From Stegostoma tigrinum (lineage: Eukaryota), in contig NC_081398.1 in NCBI RefSeq assembly GCF_030684315.1, forward strand, positions 6,614,385 through 6,678,384: a stretch of DNA of 64,000 nucleotides, read 5' to 3'. A program made the translations under genes and the position numbers. Below are positions 37,001-48,822 of this stretch, in pieces; within the stretch, counting starts at the first letter, position 1, and each line of letters starts with the position of its first letter. The notes below the pieces were generated by a model. That model worked only from the letters and a program-made list of their open reading frames with translations, was not told the DNA's origin and made no database searches.

Positions 37001-40000
37001 AAGAGTGAGGCCTGGCAAAGCATCCCAGGGACCCGCCTCACTGTCCGAGGTAAAACCCTATTTAGCGTTTCAGTATAACTTTCCGTACGGTGCCCATTTC
37101 ATTGCTTCGTTTAGTATTCATCTGTCCCTACACCCTCCCTATCCCTGTCACCCCCTCCAGCCCTTACACCCCCTCCCTATCCCTGTCACCCCCTCCAGCC
37201 CCTACACCCCCTCCCTATCCCTGTCACCCCCTCCAGCCCTTATACCCTCTCCCTATCCCTGTCACCCCCTCCAGCCCCTACACCCTCACCCTATCCCTGT
37301 CACCTCCTCCTGCGCCTACACCCCGTCCCTATCCCTGTCATCCCCTCCAGCCCCTACACCCCCTCCCTATCCCTGTCAGCCCCTACACCCCCTCCCTATC
37401 CCTGTCACCCCCTCCAGCCCCTAAACCCCTCCCTATCCCTGTCACCCCCTCCAGCCCCTACACCCCCTCCCTATCTCTGTAACCCCTCTCCACCCCTACC
37501 TATCTCTGTAACCCCCTCCAGCCCCTACACCCCCTCCCTATCTCTGCCACCCCCTCCAGACCCTACACCCCCTCCCTATCCCTGTCAACCCCTCCAGCCC
37601 CTACACCCCCTCCCTATCCCTGTCACCCCCTCCCTATCCCTGTCACCCCCTCCATATCCCTGTCACCCCCTCCATATCCCTGTCAGCCCCTCCTTATCCC
37701 TGTCACCCCCTCCAGCCCCTACACCCCCTCCCTATCCCTGTCACCCCCCCTGCCCCTACAACCCCTCCCTATCTCTGTAACCCCTCTCCACCCCTACCTA
37801 TCTCTGTAACCCCCTCCAACCCCTACACCCCCTCCCTATCTCTGCCACCCCTTCCAGACCCTACACCCCCTCCCTATCCCTGTCAACCCCTCCAGCCCCT
37901 ACACCCTCCCTATCCCTGTCACTTCCTCCAGCCCCTACACCCTCCCTATCCCTGTCACCCCCTCCAGCCCCTACACCCTCCCTATCCCTGTCACCTCCTC
38001 CATCCCCTACATCCCCTACATCCCCTCCATATCCCTGTCACCCCCTCCATATCCCTGTCACCCCCTCCATATCCCTGTCACCCCCTCCCTATCCCTGTCA
38101 CCCCCTCCAGCCCCAGACCCCCTCCGTATCCCTGTCATGCCCTCCAACCCCTACACACCCTCCCTATCCCTGTCACCTCCTACACCACCTCCCAATCCCT
38201 GTCATCCCCTACACCCACTCCCTATCCCTGTCACCCCCTCCAGCCCCTACACCCCGTCTCTATCCCTGCCACCTGCTCCAGCACCTACACCCCTCCCTAT
38301 ACCTGTCACCCCCTCCAGCCCCTACACCCCCTCCCTATGCCTGTCACCCCCTCCAGCCCCTGCACCTCTCCCTAACTCTGTCATCTCCTCCAGCCCCTTA
38401 CAGAAAATGGACACTGTCAAGTTCTAAATGAATGCAGAAAGGTTCAAAGTCAGGGCAAAATATGAGGTCAGACACCCCGACCAGTCAATGCCACACCTCC
38501 TCCCGTCCAGAAATAACATTAGTCCCCAAGCCCGTGAACGTTCCCCCCCCCATCACCTCTCCCTTGACCAGTACCTTGGTGGCACATCATTGAGAAGGCT
38601 GCAACCGGGGAGCGATGTAACGGCTCCATTAAAGCAAGAAACTCTTCATGGTTTCATTCTGCCGTTTCACCAAACCACAGAGGAAGTCTCGTGTCCAATG
38701 TGGCTGCTGCATGACTGAGAAAGCAGAGAGTTACACAAATGGTTCCTGGAGTGAGGAGCTAAGGGCAGGATGGTGGCCTAGTGGTATTACCGCTTAGAAA
38801 CCCAGGTAATGTTCCTGGGACCTGGGTTCGACTTGAATTTGAATTCAAATAAGAAAAAACTGTGGAATTAAGCATCTACTGAATGCCATTGACCACTGTT
38901 AATTTGTTGGAAAAACCCATCTGGCTCACTCATGTGCTTCAGGATGTGAACTGCCATCCTTACCTGGTCTTTCATGCCTGTCCAGCCACTCTTGACTGTC
39001 CTGTGGGTAATTAGGAACGGGCAATAAATTCTGGGCCGAGTCAGAGATACCCCTCGTCCTGTGAACAATTTTGTTTTTAAAAACTCAGTGATCAGGAGAG
39101 ATCATATGATTGTCCTCTTCAGAGGGCTGAAGGCTGGGGTTAGATCTGATACAGATTTTCAAGATTGTGAGCAGGAGAAGCTGGTCCAGTCCGTAAAAGG
39201 AACAAGAACAAGAGGGCAGAGGTGTGGATTTAAAGGAGATGTGCCAACAAAGCTAGGGTGGTTCTGCAGCCTAGCTGGGGTGGCCATACCAAATTACCCA
39301 CGGTGCCCAGGGATGCGTAGAAGAGATGGGTAGGCCATGGGAAATGCAAGGTGTCAGGGATAAGGGGGTTGAGACTGGGTGGGATGCTGTTGAGGGAGTT
39401 GATGGGCCAAATGGTCTGCTTCCACACTGTAGGGATTCTATGATTGGATCCTGTGTGGGGAAAGCAACTTTGCCACCTGGCAAATGGCTAGGGCCTGGAA
39501 TGCACTGCCTAGAAAAGTATTGGGAGCAGGTTCAACTGGGCGAATCAAGAGGGGCTTTTGATGGTTATTGGGATAGACGTAAGGTGCAGGGATTTGGGGT
39601 TAAAGACAGGAGATCGGCACTGGACAACAACTAAGGCTGGCACGATGGGCTGAATGGCCTCCGTAACAATTCTGTTCCTAACTCTGTGTGTGTCTCTTGG
39701 CCTTCCCCTCCTTGTTCTGACCCAAATCTATCAAACTGAGCATTGCCATTTCCAATTAACCCTCACCAGCGACCGCACCCCGCCCCCCCCGACCTCACAC
39801 CCCCAGACCCGCTCCCTGTTGTTTTGGGGGAAATGTGATGGGGAAAGCAGTTCACTAGTCTGAAGAGGCATTTTCCTGATTTCACTGCTGAATTGCCCCA
39901 GGTGCAACTTTGAGGTCACTTGCCCCTTGTTAAGACGTGTGCCCCCTCCCAATCACTGCAAAAAGCATCTTTCACATTTCAGCCAGTCTGTCAAAATGCA

Positions 40001-42755
40001 CTATCTGATCAATGTTTTGTATTCATTTGTGGGATGTAGATACCCATCCCTAATTGCCCAGAGGATAGTTAAGAGTCAAGCACATTGCTGGAGTCACGTG
40101 GAGGCCAGACCCAGGTAAGGATGGCAGTTTCCTTCCCTAAAGGACATCAGTGAACCAGATGGGTTTTTCCTGGCAATCAACAATGCCTTATCGGATCATC
40201 ATTAGATTCGAAATTCCAGATGTTTGCCGAACTCAGATTCGTTTACTCAAAGCTAATCTGCGGTTGGAGCACGTCATAAGGAGAGAAAACAAATGCTGGC
40301 ACTTACTACTAAAGCAATAAAGGGTAAAAATAGGAAAATGTTGCAGCAACTGTCCAAGACATCAGTGGGAGAGCAGTGAGAGGGTTGAGCAGTTTTGGCC
40401 CCCTATAGTTGAGATGGGATGCAAATGTTTTGGAGGCTGTTCAGAGGAGATTAACTCGATTGATTGCAGAGATGAGGGATTTGTCTTGTGGGGAGAGATT
40501 GGCCTGTTTACTGGCTGGAGTTCAGAAGAACAACCTGGCTGTGCTCTATAAGTCGCTAAAAGGAATTGACAAAGTAAACGTGGAGAGAATGTTTCCCCGT
40601 GTGGGGCAATCTAGAATGAGGGGTCACAGCTTTAGGGTAAGGGGCAACAGATTTTAAAAAAGAGATGGGGAGGAATTACTTCTCTCAAAGGGTCACGAAT
40701 CCATGGAATTCAATCCCTCTGGGGCAGTGGACAAGTCTGAGGAGGCAATTACTAATTAGAAACACATTGAAGGGTCAAGGGGAGTGGGCAGGAAAGGGTT
40801 TGAGGCCAAGATGAGATCAGCCATGATTGTATTGAATGGCAGAACAGGCTCAAGGGACTGAATGGCTTCCTCCTGCTCTAAAATTTAATGTTCGCCCTTA
40901 ATATCTGAGGGGAAGCAATAAGCTTGGCAGATTGACATGGGATCATTTAGGAACATCTGAGAATCATGGTCAGGAAAAGCATCTGTGTAAACGTTCAGAT
41001 GTTGTTGGAACAGATACGCTGTCCTGGGAATGAACCACCATTTTCTCTTGCAAAAACAAAAGTCAGTGGGCATTGGGAATCGGAAATGAAAACAGAAAGT
41101 TGATGGAGAAGCTCAGCAGGTTCGTGAATGGGAACTTGCAGGGGCTGGTGTTCCCATGTATCTGCTGCCCTTGCTTGTGGGTTTGGAAGGTGCTGTTCAA
41201 GGGTCTTTGGTGAACTCCTGCAGCACGTATTGTAGATGGTACACACTGCTGCTACTGAGCGTCGGTGGAGGGAGTGGGATGTTCGTGGATGTGATGCCAA
41301 TCGAGCAGGGGACTGCCTTGTCCTGGATGGTGTCGAGATTCTTGAGTGTTGTCAGAGCTGCCCCCATCCAGGAAAAGTGGGGAATATTCCATCACACTCC
41401 TGCCTTGTGCCTTGTAGATGGTGCATGGGCTTTGGGGAGTCAAGAGGGTGAGTTAGTCACAGCAGGACTCCTAGCCTCTGACCTGCTCTTGCAGCCAATC
41501 TGTTTGTGTGGTGAGTACAGTTGAGCTTATCACAATACTGTGGCTTTAAAACGTGTATTTTTCCCTGGTTTCTTTTAGGAGAGTGATTGAATGAGAAGTG
41601 TTGCACAGTCTGTGGCAAAATAAACATGGGCTTAGAGAGTTTTCTTTAAAAGTTAGAACAATAGAAGCATCCTGGCTGGTTGTCACCACCTCTCACAGAA
41701 CCAGCATTTCTAATTTTTTTTAAGCTTTTACATTCAGCAGAAGCTACTGGAGCCTTGAGGAAGTAGAAACCATTATGCTCCCCCCTCTCGGTTTCAGCTA
41801 GAAGCTGGGTGCTCTCTTCCTACTGCAGGTATTGCGTGTGAGAAATTCTGATTTCTGAATTTGCCCTTTTTGCCAGAGGGTGCATTTATGGGATGCGACC
41901 ATATTGGAACAGTTAATTAGTAATGTTAGTACTTACTTACTGTGTCTCTTAGTCTTCAGCTTTCCAATAGAGTTGTTATTCTATTATCTTCTTTCATTTT
42001 GTTGTATTTTAACTATGGCGTTCGAATAAATTGCGTTTTGCTTAATACCAAGTAATTTGACCAGTCACATTGTATGTACCTGGAACAGAGTGCTTTATAT
42101 TTGCCTCTAAAATAAGAAAAACTTAGGGGCTAGACCACCCTCTTAGTATATTTTGGGGAACAAATTTCCAGTCAATGATAATGTTGATTCAGTGATAGTA
42201 ATGTCATTGAATGTTAACGGAAGGTGGTTAGATTGTCTCCTACTGGAGCTGGACATTGCCTGGCATTTGTGTGGCATGAATCTCACTTGTCACTTGTCTG
42301 CCCAAGCCGGGATATCGTCCAGATTGTGCTTAGAATGAAACAGATTATATTCATTTCTAAAAGAAGCCTGGTGTGTGATACTTTTAAGGTGGACAGCAAA
42401 GAACTAATTAGTTATTTTGGTAATTCAGTCTGTAATCAAAAAAATACCAGAGATCACTATGGGTCAGGTGGTATCCATGGAGGGAGAGCGAGCTAACAGC
42501 TCAAGTCGAGATGACTCTTCATCAGAGCGAGTAATTCAAGCAACACAGTTACATTAACAGTATAACAAGAGGATTGGTGGGACTCAACCCTCCAGTTCAG
42601 TTTCTAGTCAATGGTAACCCTCCAGGATGTTGGTAAGGTGGCAGAGGGTGAGGGTTCAGTGATGGCAATGCCATTGGGCGACAATAGTTTGGTTGCTGGA
42701 GATGGGCATTGCCTGGCATTTGTATGGCGCCGATCTTACTTTCGATAAAGCAGCC

Positions 42756-42800
<45 letters not shown>

Positions 42801-45800
42801 TCTCTGTTTCAGCACGGCAACCGACTACTTCCAATCCCACGGTGAAAACCAGCACCATTTCCACAACCACACTCACTACCAATCGAAGAAAGTTGGCCTG
42901 GATTCTAGGGATTGCGGTTGCCACGGTGATTGTGCTCCTCATTTCCGTGGCGATAGCAGTGACTTTCTATGTCCGCAAGAAGAAAGATCAGCAGCGAGGT
43001 AAGGAACCCTTGCCCCTCCGGCCCTCGCCACAGGCCACTTACTCCTTCCTTCGTGAGAGCCAATGACGTCCTGATTGCCGGTGAGGAAGTGGCATTTTCC
43101 TCGCGTCTCCGCAGTCCCTCCCAGTCCCTTTGGCTTGGAAGCATAGACTCATCCGACACAGAAACAGATCCTTCGGCCCATCCAGCCCATGCCGACCGTA
43201 ATCCCAAACTAAACTCGTCCCACCTGCCTGCTCTTGGCCCATATTCTTCCAAACCTTTCCTATTCATGTGGCTATCTAAATGTCTTTTGCACATTGTTAC
43301 TGCAATCCACCCCTTCCTCGGGAAATTCATTCTGAGTAAACTTTACTCCCTGTGTAAAGAAGTTGCCCCTCAGGTCAATTTTAAATCTTTCACCTCTCAC
43401 CTTAAAAATGTGCCCCCTAGTCTTGAAATGCCCCACTCAAGGGAAAAGACAGCTCCCATTCACCTTGTCTACATCCCTCACTATTGTATAAACCTCTATC
43501 AGGTTATCTGTCAAACTCCTAACCTCCAGTGAAAAAAATCCCAGCCTCTTCTTATAACTCAAACCCCGCATTCCCAGCAGCATTCTGGTAAATCTCTTCT
43601 GTACCCACTCCAGCTTAATTAAATCCTTCCTATAACAGGGAGACCAGAACTGGACACAATACTGCAGAAGATGCCTCACCAATGTCCTGTGCAATCTCAA
43701 AATAATGTCCCAACTGTTATACTCAAACATCTGATAAAGAAGGAAAGCATGTTGAATGCCTTCTTAATCACCCTGTCTACATGTCATGCCAACTTCAAGG
43801 AAATATTAACTTAAATCTGTCTGTTCTACAACACAACCCAACATCCTACTTTTAATTGTAAAAGTCCTGCTCTTGTTTGTGTTGCAAACATGTAATATCT
43901 CGCAGTTAATGAAATTAAATTATTTAGTTGTCAATTCGCAGCTGTACAGGATATTAGTCAAACCATACTGTGTGCAATTCTGGTCTCCTGCTGTGGGAAG
44001 GATGTTGTGAAACTTGAAAGATTTCAGAAAATATTTACCAGGATGTTGCTGGGGTTGGAGTGTTTGAGCTGCAGGGAGAGGCTGAAAATGGGCTGAGACT
44101 ATTCTCCCTGGAGCATCAGGGTCTAAGGGGGTGATCTTATAAACGGTTAATCATGGGCATGGATAGGGTATAATAGACAGGGTCTTTTCCCTGGAGTGGA
44201 GGGGTCTAAAACTAGAGGGAATAAGTTTAAGGTGAGAGGGGAAAGATCTAAAAGGAGTCTTTTCATGCAGAAGGTAATCTATGTATGGACTGAGCTGCCA
44301 GAGGAAGTGGTGGAGGCTGGTACAACTTTTAAAAGGCATCTGGATGGGGATATGAATAGGAAGGGCTTAGAGGGATATGGGCCAAATGCTGGCAAATGGG
44401 ACTAGATTAATTGAGATATCTGGTCGGCATGGACAAGTTGGACTGAAGGGCCTGTTTCTGTGCTGTACATTTCTATGACTATGACTATGACTAAATTAAA
44501 CTCATTGGTGATCCAGCCGGGTTTGGGTCCTAGAGGCTCTGGCTTTGCCGTGATTGGTCGATTGCACTGGATTCCCCCATCCCACCCCAGCCCTAGATGT
44601 TGTCAGTCATCCATTACCCCAAGCCCATGCCCGTGTAGCAATCGGAGAGCCACTCCTGGCACCAGTAATTGGAGGATCCTCTACCTCCATGAGTTAAAGG
44701 ATGTGAACTCTCACCCTCATTGCACACTCCCTACTCAATGGATGGCAGGGCACCAGGAAGCTCAGAGAAACAGAGGGATCTTGGGGAGCAGATCCCTAAG
44801 GGTGGCACGACAAGTTTGATTTGATACATCATTGTCACATGTACATGGGCGTACAAATAGGAAGGGTTTAGAAAGATACAGTCCAAATGTTGAAAATGGG
44901 ACTAGATTAATTTAGAATATCTCATTGACATGAACAGGGTGGACCGAAGGGTTTGTTTCCTTGCTGTACATTTCTATGACTCTTCCTCTGTTTGTGTCTG
45001 TGAGCCAATGTCCTATGACTTTGACTCAGGGGTGGGGCTTTAACACACTGCATCAAGAATAGGGAAGAAAAATTCTTTTGTTCCAGCTCCCTTTCTGCAT
45101 CTGTTCACTTCATCCCAGTGTGCCTGATTCTCCACTCTCTCCCTCTGGAAAGGGGACGCAGCTATTCGACTTGGGCAGCTGGCACAGAAAGGGGTATTAG
45201 GGGCCTGCGGGGAAATTGGCTGCGCACCACTAAAGATATTGCCCAACAAAACTGCTCTTCACTTTCTCTCTAAAATGTGAGCTTCTGGCACACTCCCAAC
45301 ATCCAACCATTGCCCAAGAGGTCACCCAATCTATTTGAAGAGTTTTGCTCAGTTTCAGACTAACCACAGCTTCCGGCCTATCACTGACGTCTTCTGGGGT
45401 CAGGTTATCAGAACCGGAGAAGGCCATTCAGCCCCACTAGAGCATACCAACTGCCCCTGCTTTCTCCACAACAAAAACACATCAATCCCACCCTTAAAAA
45501 CCCTGACTGACCGTGGTTTTGTCTGGAGGATTTGGCAGAGTGTCGTAGGAAGCAGGTTTTCCCTTCTCAGGAAATCTTGTTCCTTGACATCTCCCTCTTG
45601 CTCTGTCCCGAGTCACCTTTATCTCTTTCTGAGGAGAATTCGGGGCTTAGGAGATGCCCATGATGTGGAGTGTGAAATCCTTGGTGACTTTCCAAAGGGA
45701 ATGGGATAGATATTGGTGTGTGGGGGCTATGATGGGGGAAAACAGGGAAGGATCAGTAGGCCCATAGCCTTGAATGTTCTGACATTTCTGTAACACACCT

Positions 45801-48789
45801 GGAGCCCTTCTTGTAGAAACTCAGGATCGAATGGCTGATTGGCTTCCTGCTCCAGCCATTCATGGCTGATCATCTAGGTCTCTGTTCCTGCTTTCTCTCC
45901 CCCATACCCTCTGACCCCTTTTAGCCCCAATTGCTATCTCCAACACCTTCTTGAAAGCTTACAAACCTGTTCCCATGATTGTGAGGAACTACAGAGAGTT
46001 GTGAACACAGCCCAGCCCATCACACTAGCTAACCTTCCACCATTGACACCATCTACACTTCCTGTTGCCTTTGAAAGGTAGCGAACATCAAAGTACACTC
46101 CCACCTGGGTTATAATCTCTTCCAATTTCCTCCATCAGGCAGAAGATACAAAAGCTTAAACACATGTGCTAACTGGTTCAAGAACAGCTCCTCGCCCACT
46201 CTCATCTGACTTCCGAATGGACATCTCATAGTTTAAATCTAATATTGGTCTCGCTCTCTGTACGTCTCCTCTGCAGTCATAACATTGCATTCCTTGCTCT
46301 GTTCTAACACCCTGCAGTATGATCTGCCTGTATTACATGCAAAACAAAACATTTGCCTTTCAAATATTATAACTGTACCAGCTCCCACCATTTCCTCTGG
46401 CAGCTCATTCCACATACGCACCACCCTCTGTGTGAAAAGGTTGCCCCTCAGGTCCTTTTTCATTCTTTCCCTTCTCGCCTTTACTTTAGAACTTCACCTC
46501 TCATGTCTGTCATGATTTTATAATGTCTATACAGCCAGCCTCCTACCCTCCAGGGAAATTAGGCCTGGCCTATTCAGCCTCTCCCTATAACTCCAAACCG
46601 GCAACATCCTTGTAAATCTTTTCTGAGCCCTTTCAAGTTTTACATCATCCTTCCCGGGAGACCTGAATCGCATGTGTCATTCCAAAAGTGGCCTCAGCAA
46701 TGTGCTGGACAGCCTCAACATGTCATCCCAACCCCGATACTCAATGTACTGACAAATGAAGGCAAGTAGACCAAACACCTTCTTCGCTACCCTTGTTCAC
46801 CAGAGGGTCAGCAACACGAGCCCAAGTTTCAAATGCTGCTGCGTCACCCCCATACTGAGGCACGCAACGGTTAGCCACCTCTGTGGGAAACCAAAATGGC
46901 GGGCAGGACAATTTGGCCAAGGTAAGGATGGCGACATGTAGTTGTCACATTGGCGTCCGCCCAGCAATATGGAAAGTTCAAGCAATGACAGAACTTGCTG
47001 AGAAAAGTTGTCAGCATCTTGCAGTTTCTGTAGAGGAAGTACAGCAGAGTTAACCTTTCGAGTCCAGTGACCCTTCCCCAGCCATGTCCTGTGCATAAAA
47101 ACCAGGAGAAATCCAACCCGGCCAATTACTTTCCCATTAGTCTCCTCTTGATCATCAGTAAAGCGATGGAAGGTGTCGGTAACAGTGCTATCAAGCAGGA
47201 CCTGCTCAGAAATAACCTGCTCAGTGATGCCCAGTTTGGGTTCCACCAGGGCCACTCAGCTCCTGAACCCTGGTTCAAACATGGATAAAAGAGATGAATT
47301 CCAGAGGTGAGGTGAGTGACAGCCTTGATATCAAGGCTTCATTCAACCGAGTGTGGCATCAAGGAGCCCTGGCAAAACTGGGATCAATGGGTATCGCTGG
47401 CAACTCTCCATTGATTGGAGTTCTACCTGACACACAGGAAGATGGTCGTGGTTGTTGGAGGTCAATCCTCTCGGCTCCAGGACATCTCTGCAGGAGTTCC
47501 TCACGGTAATCTCCTCGGCCCAACCATCTCCAGCTGCTTCATCAATGACCTTCCCTCCACCATAAGTTCAGAATTGAGGTTGTTTGTCGATGATCGTACA
47601 ATGTTCAGCACCGTTCGCGGCTCCTCAGATACTGAGGCAGTCCGTGTCCAAATGCAACAAGACCTGGACAATATCCAGGCTTGGGTTGACAAGTGGCAAG
47701 TGACGTTCGTGCTACACAAATGCCAGGCTGTGCCCATCACCAATAAGAGACAATCTAACTACCACCTCTTTGCATTCAATGGTGTTACCATCACTGAATC
47801 CCCCACTATCAACATCCTGAGGGTTACAATTGATCAGAAACTGAACCAGATTCACCATGTAAACACAATGGCTACAAGAGCAAGTCAGAGGCTGGGAATC
47901 CTGCAGCGAGTAACTCACCTCCTGACTCCCCAAAGCCTGTCCCACCATCTACAAGGCACAAGCCAGGAGGGTGATGGAACACTCCCCACTTGCCCTGGAT
48001 GGAGGCAGCTCCGACAACACTCAAGAAGCTCGACACCATCCAGGGACAAAGCAGCCGCCTTGATTGGCACCACATCCACAAACATCCCACTCCCTCCACC
48101 ACCGACGCTCAGTCTCAGCAGCGTGTACCGTCTACAAGATGCACTGCAGAAACTCAGCAAGGGCTCCTCAGGCACCCATGACCACTTCCATCTGAGAAGG
48201 ACAAAGGCAGCAGGTACATGGGCACACGACCGCCCCCCGCCCGGCCCCGCTGCGGAAACTCCCTCCGAGCCCCTCCCCATCCTGACTTGGAAATATATCG
48301 GCCGTTCCTTCAGCGTCTCTGGGTCAGAATCCTGGAATTGCCTCGCTAACGGCGCTGCGTGGGTGTCCCTACGCCACACGGGACTGCAAGGGGTTCGAGA
48401 AGTAAACCTTCCGAAGGGGCGGTTGGGGTCGGGCAGTAAATGCAGTGGCACCTACACCCACAAAAAAATTCACACTCCGTCAAATCCTTCTTCCCAACAA
48501 TTCCAGCTATTCCGTTGTTATCATGGTCTCTGTACTTACCGCGGTGTTTATGTCCTGTTTCTGCAGGTAACTTCAGGAAAGGGAGCGTGCACAAGTAAGT
48601 GATAATTATCGAAACACTTACACATGACTGACTGTAACACGATGTTAACCTGTACCTGGTTTGTAGCATTATCCACAGAAAGTTACAGCTCACCGTGCTC
48701 CTGGGGACGCTCCAGAGCCTTTCCGAGAGTGCCCTTCCCACCCCGAAACAGAAACTTTGTAGGTTTCTGATCTGCTTCCGTGGCCAGAC

Positions 48790-48822
<33 letters not shown>

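Noticed and set aside
36681-37120. V exons as rearranging Ig/TCR/IgNAR V segments
   Set aside because: The G strand is encoded in the same exon, which ends in a splice donor; no heptamer-nonamer signal follows; no D, J or C segments seen.
46875-46921. 47-nt segment as a constitutive cytoplasmic exon of gene C
   Set aside because: Weak acceptor; including it puts exons 4-6 out of frame and creates stops, whereas the model without it is fully open.
47415-48602. 395-aa ORF as a host gene or active LINE
   Set aside because: Partial RT that drifts out of frame; no endonuclease or ORF1; overlaps exon 4 only by chance in another frame.
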